From the NCBI GenBank assembly GCA_028713935.1, contig JAQTNI010000024.1, positions 1 through 19,757 on the forward strand: a stretch of 19,757 nucleotides of DNA, read 5' to 3'. This document shows positions 6,707 to 14,145 of this stretch, in pieces; position 1 is the stretch's first letter; each line of letters opens with the position of its first letter. The translations under genes and the position numbers were made by a program. The stretch comes from Candidatus Iainarchaeum sp. (GTDB lineage Archaea > Iainarchaeota > Iainarchaeia > Iainarchaeales > GCA-2688035). Below the pieces are notes generated by a model. The model did no database searches. It was not told where the DNA came from and worked only from the letters and a program-made list of their open reading frames with translations.

Positions 6707-7192
6707 ATGCCAACACCAAAACGCAGAAGATTCGAAATAAGGCAAAGACAAAAAAGAAGACAAAAAATAAGTTCTGGAATAATTTTTAAAAGAAGATTAA
6801 AAGAACTTTTAAGCAGGATCAAAATAAAGCGCGGCACGCGCCCGATTCATGTTTTGTTTGTATGCTTTCACGGGATTGCAGCTTCAGGGCTTATGCAGGA
6901 AGGGCTTAAAATGCTGCTTGAAAAATTTGACATGCAACACTATTTTGACATAGCAAGGGGAAGATGCACATTCTCAGACGTATTCCATCTCAAGTCAGTT
7001 GATTATATTGTTTTTTTACCAAAAAATGTCACAAAGGATACAGTAAAAATGCAGCTGACAAGGGTGGACCCGAACTCGAAAGCCAAAATCGTAGAGTTTC
7101 CCTTGTTACCTAACACAGGGATACTTGATGAAATAAATTACAAAAATTTGGTTATAAAACTACTTGAAAAGGAACTGCAGGGAAGTAATTGA
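6707..7192 (+). CDS. Small protein with a polybasic N-terminal tail and a PTS-EIIB / LMW-phosphatase-like Cys loop; function unknown
   Basis: The N-terminal ~45 aa are Arg/Lys-rich (PKRRRFEIRQRQKRRQK...KRRLKELLSRIKIKRG). This is followed by IHVLFVCFHGIAASGLM, which resembles the beta-strand-Cys-x5-Ser/Thr loop of PTS IIB and LMW-PTP-like folds. The start is uncertain: the only TATA-like box (TTTAAAA, 6692-6698) is too close to ATG 6707. Confidence 0.55.
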   Translation: MPTPKRRRFEIRQRQKRRQKISSGIIFKRRLKELLSRIKIKRGTRPIHVLFVCFHGIAASGLMQEGLKMLLEKFDMQHYFDIARGRCTFSDVFHLKSVDYIVFLPKNVTKDTVKMQLTRVDPNSKAKIVEFPLLPNTGILDEINYKNLVIKLLEKELQGSN

Positions 7193-7286
7193 ACCAATCG
7201 GGACTCGCACTTTCTCCCCAGAGTCGGGAGAGGGGAATTTAATCGCCCTAATAAATTATTTAAACTGTTCGCGGGAGTTTTTGGTT

Positions 7287-7943
7287 ATGAAACTTACAAG
7301 GTTTGCTCAATCCTGCATTCTGGTTGAATCTAAAGGAAAAAGAATACTTATCGATCCTGGCGATTTGGAGTACCACGACAAGCTCTTGGAAGAATGGAAG
7401 TGCGATGCAATCTTCGTGACGCACAAGCATTCAGACCACTTTCATATAAACGCAATAAAGCAGCTTTTGACAAAATATAATTGCAAATTCTATTCAAGCA
7501 GGGAAGTAGCAGCTTCTTCCACTGAATTGAAGCCCGAAATAGTCAAAGCCGGGAATATTGTTAAAGTTGGGGAAATAAAAGTTGAAGTTGTTAAATCAGT
7601 TCACGGTTATGTTCCTTTCCTGAAAGGAGACCTTGAAATCAAAGAAGGATTGGGGTTCATTATTGACGACAGCAGGAAAAGAGCTTATTTTGTTGGGGAT
7701 TCCTTGTGCTTTGAAAATGATTTCAAGTGCAATGTATTATTTGTTCCAGTCAACAATCACGGGCTTGCAATGGGCCCCTTTGAGGCAGCATTATTCGCAA
7801 AAGAGACGGGCGCGGATTTAGTAATCCCATACCACTATGAAAACCCAAGATTTCCGGCAGACTTGGACAAGATTAAGGAAGAATTTGAAAAACAGGACCT
7901 GAATTACAAGTTCTTAAGAATCAAAGAAACAATTGAAGTCTAA
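7287..7943 (+). CDS. Metallo-beta-lactamase-fold hydrolase (UPF0173-like)
   Basis: MKLTRFAQSCILVESKGKRILIDPG...AIFVTHKHSDHF carries the HxHxDH zinc motif. I start at ATG 7287 (M42 of the track ORF) because the 7164 start would overlap the preceding gene and add a non-homologous-looking extension. Confidence 0.8.
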   Translation: MKLTRFAQSCILVESKGKRILIDPGDLEYHDKLLEEWKCDAIFVTHKHSDHFHINAIKQLLTKYNCKFYSSREVAASSTELKPEIVKAGNIVKVGEIKVEVVKSVHGYVPFLKGDLEIKEGLGFIIDDSRKRAYFVGDSLCFENDFKCNVLFVPVNNHGLAMGPFEAALFAKETGADLVIPYHYENPRFPADLDKIKEEFEKQDLNYKFLRIKETIEV

Positions 7944-7962
7944 AAAAGGTGCAGTAAGGGCT

Positions 7963-9072
7963 TTACTGCAATTGCTGTATTATTGAATTGCTTCTTGTGC
8001 CGGTCCTTTCGAGATTGTCAAGTTCCATTACATTGGAACAGAAGCTTATTGCTTTTCCTTTTCTTCCCTGCCTTGCTGTCCTGCCAATTCTGTGCAGGTA
8101 GGTTTCTGTTTCTTGCGGGAAATCAAAGTTTACAACGCTTCCGATATCGTCTACATGTATGCCTCTTGCAACAATGTCTGTTGCAATCAGTATGCCGTCC
8201 CTTGAATTCTTGTAGTTTTCAATTATCCTGTTTCTGGCATTCTGAGGCTTGTCTCCGTGGATTGCAAGTGCCCTTATTCCTCTCCTGTAAAGTTGCCTTT
8301 CAAGCCAGTCAACTGTCCTTTTTGTCCTGCAAAAAACAAGTACCTTTGAATTTTCCGCCTTCAAAAGCCGTTGCAGTGCGTCAATTTTCTGCCTGTTGTC
8401 AACCATTACATAGAATTGCTCCACTTCCTGCACTGGCGCATTGTCCATGCTCAGGTCAAAAACAATTTTGTCATGTTTCATGTTGCGCTCGATTAGGTGA
8501 AGGATTTCCTGTGGCATTGTTGCGGAGAAAAGCATTGTCTGCCTTGCTCTTGGCAATGAGGAAATAATTTTTTCAACATCGTCCCTGAATCCCATGTCAA
8601 ACATTTTGTCTGCTTCGTCCAGAATCAAAAACCTTGCGCTTCTGAAGGAAATGGCGTTTCTTGACATCAGGTCAAGCAGCCTTCCCGGTGTGCCGACAAT
8701 TATTTCGGGGTTTCTTTCAAGCAAATCCAGTTGCCTGTTAATGCTCTGGCCTCCGAAAACAGCCATTGATTTCACATGGGAACCGATTGCAATTGAGGCA
8801 ATTTCTTCTTTTACCTGCATTGCGAGTTCCCTTGTTGGAACAACAACCAGCGCTGAAAAGCCCTGCCCTGGCAGTATTTTTTCAATAAGTGGAATTGCAA
8901 AGGCGGCTGTTTTTCCAGTGCCTGTTTTTGATTTTCCCACAATGTCTTTTCCCGCGAGTGCGGCAGGAATTGCTTTTTCCTGTATTTCGGAAGGGCGTGC
9001 GAAACCTTTTTTTTCCAAGGCCTTCTTTATATTGTCATTTATGTTTAGTTCGTTAAAATTCAATTTTATCAA
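7963..9072 (-). CDS. DEAD-box ATP-dependent RNA helicase
   Basis: All core motifs are present:
- Q motif: FARPSEIQ
- I: GKSKTGTGKT
- Ia: PTRELA
- II: LILDEADKM
- III: SAT
- V: ATDIVARGIHV
- VI: HRIGRTARQG

The start is TTG at 9072. The TTG at 9063 is an alternative and has better spacing to the GGAG at 9073-9076. Confidence 0.93.
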   Translation of the reverse strand: MIKLNFNELNINDNIKKALEKKGFARPSEIQEKAIPAALAGKDIVGKSKTGTGKTAAFAIPLIEKILPGQGFSALVVVPTRELAMQVKEEIASIAIGSHVKSMAVFGGQSINRQLDLLERNPEIIVGTPGRLLDLMSRNAISFRSARFLILDEADKMFDMGFRDDVEKIISSLPRARQTMLFSATMPQEILHLIERNMKHDKIVFDLSMDNAPVQEVEQFYVMVDNRQKIDALQRLLKAENSKVLVFCRTKRTVDWLERQLYRRGIRALAIHGDKPQNARNRIIENYKNSRDGILIATDIVARGIHVDDIGSVVNFDFPQETETYLHRIGRTARQGRKGKAISFCSNVMELDNLERTGTRSNSIIQQLQ

Positions 9073-9331
9073 CTCCGATTTTTAGAAAAAGGTAAAATAA
9101 CGCTATCCTGTGTTAAACAGCAAATTTTTCAGTTAAGAAAAAAATAGAGTTATTTGAATCCTTTCTTGTTTTAACAAATAATTTCTAAACAAAAAGCCTT
9201 TTAAAACAAGGGGCAAGGCAAATGCTTGCTTGTTTTGCCGCAAAATTCCCGAAAAACATAAAAAAATTTAGCTAAAAAAAATTAAAATTCTTAAAAAAAA
9301 AAATTAAAACTTTTTTTTTGAAAAAGAAAAG

Positions 9332-9340
9332 TTTTTATAT
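9332..9340 (+). promoter_or_regulatory. TATA-like box (TTTTTATAT) for the ATP-grasp/KamA operon
   Basis: AT box about 65 nt upstream of ATG 9405. It lies inside the over-extended track ORF (TTG 9318), which argues for the downstream start. Confidence 0.3.
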
Positions 9341-9404
9341 GAAAAAGCAATTATATTTATGGACAAAAAAATTTTTTATTGTTCGGGGAGTTGAAAATTA
9401 CCGC

Positions 9405-10430
9405 ATGCGGGAGAATGAAAATAAAAATTTTCACATCGGGCTGGTTTTTAACAGGCGGAAAAAAAACATTAATCCCGACAGCATTGAAGCTGAATACGAT
9501 TCCTATGAAACAGTCAATGCCATAAAAAAAGCAATAGAGGAAAATGGCCACAGTGTCGGGCTTATCGAAGCTGACGAAAAAATTTTTGAAAGGCTGAAAA
9601 AATCAAAAATTGATTTGGCATTTAATATTGCCGAAGGCCCGAAAATAAACAGCAGAGAATCCCTTGTCCCGCTTTTGCTTGAAATGCTTGGCATTCCTTA
9701 TACAGGCTCTTCCCCTTTAACGCTTGCTGTGGGCCTTGACAAAGCGAAAACAAAAGAAATCCTGCTCGCGAATGGAATAAGGACGCCTGCTTTCCAGGTT
9801 TTCAAAAATCCGGAAGAAAAATTGAGGAAAAGCCTTGAATTTCCCCTGATTGTAAAGCCTGTCTGCGAGGGTTCAAGCATGGGCATTACAAACGACTCTG
9901 TTGTTGCAAATGAGAAGGAGCTGAGGCGGCAATTGAAATTTGTTTTTGAAAAATTCAATGAACCTGCTCTTGTTGAGGAATTTATTGAAGGACGGGAATT
10001 CAGCGCTGCTATTATCCAGAACGGGCAATTAAGTGTGTTGCCTATTGTTGAGTTTGATTTTGGCTGCCTGCCGGAACACGCCAAAAAGATAGATTCTTTT
10101 GAGGCAAAATGGGTCTGGGATACAGCAGAAAAGCCACTGCCCTTGTATATCTGCCCTGCAAGGATAACTGAACAGGAAAAGGAAAAAATTGAGCAGATTT
10201 CAATCGCTGCGTTTGAGGCGCTTGACTGCAGGGACCTTTGCAGAATTGACCTAAGGGAAAAAAACGGAAAATTTTTTGTTTTGGAAATAAACCCTTTGCC
10301 TGGCCTGAATCCGGATATAAATAGCAATTCTGTTTTTCCAACTGCCATAAGGGCATCAGGAATGGGATTCAGCGAAACCATAGGCAAAATTATTGAAAAT
10401 GCGCTGAAGAGGAATGGCTTATGCGGATAG
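9405..10430 (+). CDS. ATP-grasp ligase, D-Ala-D-Ala-ligase-like family (paralog 1)
   Basis: Ddl-family architecture. The N-domain reads IGLVFN...YDSYETVNAIKKAIEENGH...DLAFNIAEG...LLEMLGIPYTGS. The central part reads DKAKTKEILLANGIRTP...FPLIVKPVCEGSSMGI. The catalytic region reads ALVEEFIEGREFS...VLEINPLPGL. I start at ATG 9405 (M30 of the track ORF), with GGGGAG at 9385-9390 upstream. Confidence 0.85.
   Translation: MRENENKNFHIGLVFNRRKKNINPDSIEAEYDSYETVNAIKKAIEENGHSVGLIEADEKIFERLKKSKIDLAFNIAEGPKINSRESLVPLLLEMLGIPYTGSSPLTLAVGLDKAKTKEILLANGIRTPAFQVFKNPEEKLRKSLEFPLIVKPVCEGSSMGITNDSVVANEKELRRQLKFVFEKFNEPALVEEFIEGREFSAAIIQNGQLSVLPIVEFDFGCLPEHAKKIDSFEAKWVWDTAEKPLPLYICPARITEQEKEKIEQISIAAFEALDCRDLCRIDLREKNGKFFVLEINPLPGLNPDINSNSVFPTAIRASGMGFSETIGKIIENALKRNGLCG
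9966..10005 (+). repeat. 40-nt segment identical to 10961-11000 (copy 1)
   Basis: gctcttgttgaggaatttattgaaggacgggaattcagcg, compared base by base. The flanking bases differ on both sides. Confidence 0.95.
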
Positions 10431-11494
10431 CTGTTCTCCACAGGGATGAACGGGCAAAAGAAAAATACCCTCTCGATTTTGAGGGGAGGATTGAAGCTGA
10501 GGACACTGCAAGCATTATTAGGGCGCTTGCAGCGCTTGGACATGAAGTATTGCCTGTATGCGCTTCTGCAAATGCAATTTTTTCACTGAAAAAAGCAAAG
10601 CCCGATATAGTATTCAATGCCTGTGATGATGGCCTGGAAAGCGATTCGCTTCTTGAACCGCATGTCGCAGCAATTATTGAAGCAATTAGACTGCCTTATA
10701 CGGGAAACAATTATCTGGCATTGGGATTGTGCATGAACAAAGCGCTGGCAAAGCAGATTCTTTTGCAGAAAGGCATTCTCACCCCGGATTACCAATTGTT
10801 TGAAACAGGAAGTGAAAAGCTTTCTGATTTGTCTTTTCCTCTCATAGTAAAACCAGCCCATGAGGATGGCAGCATTGGAATAAAACAGGATTCTGTTGCA
10901 GAAAACATTGATGAGCTTAGGGCAAAAGTTAAAAATATTATTAATAATTACAAGCAGGCCGCTCTTGTTGAGGAATTTATTGAAGGACGGGAATTCAGCG
11001 TTTCAATGATTGGCAATGAAAAAATAGATGCTTTTCAAATAGCAGAAATTGTTTTTGAGGAAAGCCTTGAAAAAAAAATGAGGATTTATTCTTATGAATC
11101 TAAATGGCTCAAGGAAAGCCCGCATTACAAGAAAGTCATTGACAACTGCCCTGCGGATATTGACAGGAAAACAGGAGAAAAAATCACTCAGACAGCAATT
11201 AAGGCCTTCAGGGCTCTTGGCTGCCAAGGTTATGGGCGGGTTGAATTCCGGCTCAGGGATGAAGAATTGCATGTTATTGAAGTTAACCCGAATTCTGACT
11301 TGTCAGAGGATGCGGAATTGGCAAAATCCGCTGCTCTTTCCGGCATTTCTTACAAGGAACTTATCCAAAGGATAGTGATGCTCGGTTTGAAAAGGGGCAA
11401 AAGCAAAGGAGGCGTGCAAAGTGAACAGGTCTATTGCAGACCACAAAGCAAGGCAAGAAACAATTACTCTGCAAAAAGAATCGCAGTTGCCTGA
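10421..11494 (+). CDS. ATP-grasp ligase, D-Ala-D-Ala-ligase-like family (paralog 2)
   Basis: Same architecture as paralog 1: RIAVLH...IIRALAALGHEV...DIVFNACDDG...IIEAIRLPYTGN; NKALAKQILLQKGILTP...FPLIVKPAHEDGSIGI; ALVEEFIEGREFS...VIEVNPNSDL. The start overlaps the upstream stop (ATGcggaTAG, 10421-10430), with GAGG at 10409-10412. Confidence 0.85.
   Translation: MRIAVLHRDERAKEKYPLDFEGRIEAEDTASIIRALAALGHEVLPVCASANAIFSLKKAKPDIVFNACDDGLESDSLLEPHVAAIIEAIRLPYTGNNYLALGLCMNKALAKQILLQKGILTPDYQLFETGSEKLSDLSFPLIVKPAHEDGSIGIKQDSVAENIDELRAKVKNIINNYKQAALVEEFIEGREFSVSMIGNEKIDAFQIAEIVFEESLEKKMRIYSYESKWLKESPHYKKVIDNCPADIDRKTGEKITQTAIKAFRALGCQGYGRVEFRLRDEELHVIEVNPNSDLSEDAELAKSAALSGISYKELIQRIVMLGLKRGKSKGGVQSEQVYCRPQSKARNNYSAKRIAVA
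10961..11000 (+). repeat. 40-nt segment identical to 9966-10005 (copy 2)
   Basis: Same 40-mer, 995 nt downstream of copy 1 and in the equivalent codon positions of the paralog (ALVEEFIEGREFS). Confidence 0.95.
11406..11412 (+). promoter_or_regulatory. Shine-Dalgarno-like AAGGAGG for the aminomutase gene, embedded in the upstream CDS
   Basis: AAGGAGG lies 8 nt before GTG 11421. The aminomutase frame is closed by TGA at 11388-11390, so GTG 11421 is the only plausible start upstream of the conserved N-terminal EWKKFL...EEL region. Confidence 0.55.
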
Positions 11495-12527
11495 GTGGAA
11501 AAAATTTCTTTCGGAAAGCATTACAAGTGCGGAAGAATTAGCCAAATTTTTGGATGTGGATAAACAAGAAGTAAAAGAAGTGACAAGCGTTTATCCAATG
11601 AAGATAAACAGGTATTTTTTGGGCCTGATTAAGCAGAAAAATGATGCTCTTTGGAGGCAAAGCATACCAAGCATTGAGGAACTTAAGCAAAATGTCTGCG
11701 TTGAAGACCCTTTGCACGAGGAACAGCAAAGCCCTGTTAAAGGCCTTGTCCACAGATACCCTGACAGAGTTCTGCTGCTTGTAAGCAACAATTGCGCAAT
11801 GTTCTGCAGATTCTGCACAAGAAAAAGAAAAATTGGGCATTCTGAAACCATAAAAAGGGAGAATATAATTGAAGGAATTGAGTATATCAGGAAACACAAG
11901 GAAATCCGCGATGTCCTGCTTTCGGGCGGAGACCCTTTGCTGCTGGATGACAAAGAGCTAGACTGGATTCTGGGAAAAATAAGGGCAATAAAACACGTGG
12001 AAATAATCCGGATTGGAACAAGAGTGCCCTGCTCATTGCCAATGAGAATCACAAAAGAATTATGTGAAGTGCTGAAAAAGTATCATCCACTTTTTGTAAA
12101 TATGCATTTTAATCATTCTCAAGAAATTACAGAAGAAACAAGGAAGGCGTGCAATTTGCTTGCGGAAGCAGGAATTCCACTTGGAAACCAGACAGTCTTG
12201 CTCAAAGGCGTTAATGATTCGGGGGAAATAATCGCAAAGCTTAATAAAGAGCTTTTGAAAATGAGGGTAAGGCCATACTATTTGTACCAGGCAGACCTTG
12301 TAAAGGGGACAAACCATTTCAGGACCAAAACAGAGCTTGGCATAAAAATAATTGAGTCCCTCAGGGGCCACATAAGTGGTCTTGCTGTTCCGCACTTCGC
12401 CATAGATGCCCCAGGCGGAGGCGGAAAAATCACAATTGCACCGAATTATGTCTTGGAAAAAACAGACAAAAAAATAATCCTGCGAAATTACGAGAACAAG
12501 TGCTTTGAATACCCTGAACCGGAATAA
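11421..12527 (+). CDS. kamA: Lysine 2,3-aminomutase (KamA-family radical SAM/PLP enzyme), short form
   Basis: Near-collinear with clostridial KamA as I recall it: DPLHEE..SPV.GL.HRYPDRVLLL, CAMFCRFCTRKR (CxxxCxxC), RDVLLSGGDPLLL, HVEIIRIGTR, YHPLFVNMHFNH, GIPLGNQTVLLKGVND, RVRPYYLYQADL, AIDAPGGGGK (PLP Lys). It ends about 50 aa earlier than the clostridial enzyme, so there is no C-terminal Cys cluster. Confidence 0.9.
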   Translation: MNRSIADHKARQETITLQKESQLPEWKKFLSESITSAEELAKFLDVDKQEVKEVTSVYPMKINRYFLGLIKQKNDALWRQSIPSIEELKQNVCVEDPLHEEQQSPVKGLVHRYPDRVLLLVSNNCAMFCRFCTRKRKIGHSETIKRENIIEGIEYIRKHKEIRDVLLSGGDPLLLDDKELDWILGKIRAIKHVEIIRIGTRVPCSLPMRITKELCEVLKKYHPLFVNMHFNHSQEITEETRKACNLLAEAGIPLGNQTVLLKGVNDSGEIIAKLNKELLKMRVRPYYLYQADLVKGTNHFRTKTELGIKIIESLRGHISGLAVPHFAIDAPGGGGKITIAPNYVLEKTDKKIILRNYENKCFEYPEPE

Positions 12528-12561
12528 CAAAGCCCTTGCGAATCAACAGCAAATAGCCAAG

Positions 12562-13440
12562 CTAACATTTTAAATAAAGCGGGCAGATTTTGCATTTTTC
12601 TTCGGAATTTGCAAGGTTATTAGCCAATGACTTTAAATTCGTAACAATGCAGCCTAGTTTTACTATGCCGTCACAACAACTGAAGACCCCAAATGGCAGA
12701 AGGCATAAAGAGAGAATAATTGGCTTAGTTATTTCAATGTCGGAATTATACCTGCTGCCAAAAATTTTATGAATGAGGCTTAACATCTCTTTTTTAGGCA
12801 GCACCCTTGAATCGTCAAAATTCTTTGAAAAACATTGGCTGTAAGTTCCGGTAAAATCAGCGGGGGCATAAGGGATGTTAATGCCCATTTTTACAAAAGG
12901 GCTTATTTTTAGTTTTAATTCCTTCTCAAATTCAGCCAAGGAAAAAACATTGTCTTTTGTAACCAAGCACCTAACTTCCAATTTCCTGCAACCAGAATCC
13001 ACTGCTTTTTTGCAAAAAGCAATTGTCTTATCATAAGTGCCTTTGCCTCGGTTCCATTCATGGAATTTTTTTAATCCATCTATTGAAACAAAAAAAGAAA
13101 TATTGCCCAAATCTTCGATTTCATTCAGCCTGTCAATAGTGCCATTAGTCATAATGTCATGAGTTATTTTGGCGTTATATTTTTTATTAAGCACATTAAT
13201 AATGCTTGGAAAGTCTTTATGAAGAAAAATTTCCCCTGTGCCGCACCAATAAATATTAAATTTTTTTTTAAAAAAAACATAAAAACGCTCAACAAAATCC
13301 AAAATATCCTTTTCAGAGAGAATCTTGGCATCGCCCCCATTAATTACTTTTGAATAACACATTCGGCATTGCAGGTTACATGAAGAAATTGGCTCAATAT
13401 ACAAATCCTTTTTGCTGACTTTAATCGCCCTTTCTGACAT
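12562..13440 (-). CDS. Small radical SAM enzyme with a SPASM/twitch-like Cys-rich C-terminus
   Basis: EPISSCNLQCRMCYSK carries the CxxxCxxC motif, and CGTGEIFL is the GGE-like SAM motif. Seven Cys fall in the last ~50 aa, including a terminal CKICPLYLKC (Cx2Cx5C). I start at ATG 13440; the GTG at 13452 is an alternative. Confidence 0.8.
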   Translation of the reverse strand: MSERAIKVSKKDLYIEPISSCNLQCRMCYSKVINGGDAKILSEKDILDFVERFYVFFKKKFNIYWCGTGEIFLHKDFPSIINVLNKKYNAKITHDIMTNGTIDRLNEIEDLGNISFFVSIDGLKKFHEWNRGKGTYDKTIAFCKKAVDSGCRKLEVRCLVTKDNVFSLAEFEKELKLKISPFVKMGINIPYAPADFTGTYSQCFSKNFDDSRVLPKKEMLSLIHKIFGSRYNSDIEITKPIILSLCLLPFGVFSCCDGIVKLGCIVTNLKSLANNLANSEEKCKICPLYLKC

Positions 13441-13503
13441 AAAAAAAATCACATATTCAAACTAAACCTTTTTTATAATGCATTTAAGGAAAATTAAAAA
13501 AAA

Positions 13504-14145
13504 TTATTCTTTAACAGCCTTTATGCCCTGCCCTTCCGGAATTCTTGTCATTTCTGCAAAACCTGTTTCTTTGAGGCGCTTGATTGCATTCCCTTGAAAA
13601 TCAATTCCTTTTTTTTCTCCGGGGCTGCCAGTGTAATGAAACAGGATTCCGCCTTTTTTCAGTGCCCTGTAAAGCTCGCAATAAAACGGCCTGCCGTAAA
13701 GTTCCCGTGCAAGCGCAAATCTTGGCGGGTCGTGCAGAATCCTGTCAAAAAAATTGTCTGGAAATTTTTTAATTGCGTCAAAAACATTCTTGTTTTCCAA
13801 AAAAATTTTTTTATTTTCAAAAAGCCCTTTTGAAAAAGGATTCTGCTTTGCAATTTCAAGTACGTTTGCGTCAATTTCAAAAGTAAAAACCTTTTCAACA
13901 TTTGGATGAGAGGCAATCATGATTGCAGTATAGCCAAGGCCACAGCAGGTGTCAAGCACTTTTCCTTTAAGGGGGAAAATCTGGCGAACCATTGCGGAAG
14001 CACTTGCTTTCACGCCTTTTTCAACGCAGTGCATTCTTATGCCTGAAATTTCAAGGCAGGGAAAGTCTTTTGTGGAAACGAGATTGTAAAATTTGTTTGT
14101 TTCCTTGCTGAAAAAAGAAAAAATCGAGTCTTGCATAATTTTCAA
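13504..14145 (-). CDS. Class I SAM-dependent methyltransferase with a DPPRF motif (resembles the predicted archaeal methyltransferase family, COG2521-like)
   Basis: Motif I is VLDTCCGLGYTAI and motif IV is ILHDPPRF, followed by GGILFHYTG. The COG assignment is from memory and is not verified. Confidence 0.75.
   Translation of the reverse strand: MKIMQDSIFSFFSKETNKFYNLVSTKDFPCLEISGIRMHCVEKGVKASASAMVRQIFPLKGKVLDTCCGLGYTAIMIASHPNVEKVFTFEIDANVLEIAKQNPFSKGLFENKKIFLENKNVFDAIKKFPDNFFDRILHDPPRFALARELYGRPFYCELYRALKKGGILFHYTGSPGEKKGIDFQGNAIKRLKETGFAEMTRIPEGQGIKAVKE

Noticed and set aside
6381-6837. Track ORFs 6381..6668 (+, 95 aa) and 6403..6837 (-, 144 aa) in the relatively GC-rich intergenic block. 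I also first considered SRP RNA or RNase P RNA here because of the GGUGACCGGAAG-like stretch.
   Set aside because: The block folds cleanly as tRNA-Tyr exons plus an intron, with a perfect 7-bp acceptor and all four arms. I found no RNase P CR-I (GAGGAAAGUCC) or convincing SRP helix-8 motifs. The ORF products are low-complexity and overlap each other in antisense.
6622-7236. The 12-nt CGGGAGAGGGGA at the tRNA 3' end (6622-6633) recurs at 7225-7236, which could mark attL/attR of a tRNA-integrated element.
   Set aside because: A 12-mer match is within chance expectation for a 20-kb window searched against itself. The enclosed 0.6 kb holds one small gene and no integrase, and the similarity does not extend beyond 12 nt.
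7164-7286. N-terminal extensions implied by the track for several ORFs: 7164 for the MBL hydrolase, 9318 for ATP-grasp 1, 15844 for sufS, 18347 for mscS and 13452 for the radical SAM enzyme.
   Set aside because: The extensions start at TTG or GTG, overlap upstream genes or AT-rich promoter-like DNA, and add sequence that looks non-homologous. An ATG at the start of the recognisable domain is available in each case. Starts remain uncertain by a few codons.
7983-9085. Plus-strand ORFs 7983..8567 (194 aa) and 8594..9085 (163 aa).
   Set aside because: They are antisense to the DEAD-box helicase, whose full motif set (Q, I, Ia, II, III, V, VI) is on the minus strand.
9203-9236. An interrupted hairpin (AAAACAAG...CAAG-GCAAATG-CTTG...CTTGTTTT) in the helicase/ATP-grasp divergent spacer, considered as a possible sRNA or terminator.
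   Set aside because: It is a single modest stem in a divergent promoter region with nothing to terminate. There is not enough evidence to call a feature.
9698-10543. A 281-aa minus-strand ORF and similar antisense ORFs across the ATP-grasp/KamA operon (10042..10356, 10390..10617, 10583..10861, 11003..11272, 11303..11545, 11538..11897, 11591..12052, 12060..12530).
   Set aside because: They are antisense to genes with strong family signatures, and they have no motifs of their own.
9405-11494. Reading the two Ddl-like genes as genuine peptidoglycan D-Ala-D-Ala ligases.
   Set aside because: The context is archaeal (tRNA-Tyr identity, Dph6 domain). No Mur ligases, MraY/MurG, alanine racemase or PBPs appear in the window. 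The two copies are divergent paralogs coupled to kamA. I cannot fully exclude this reading without a phylogeny.
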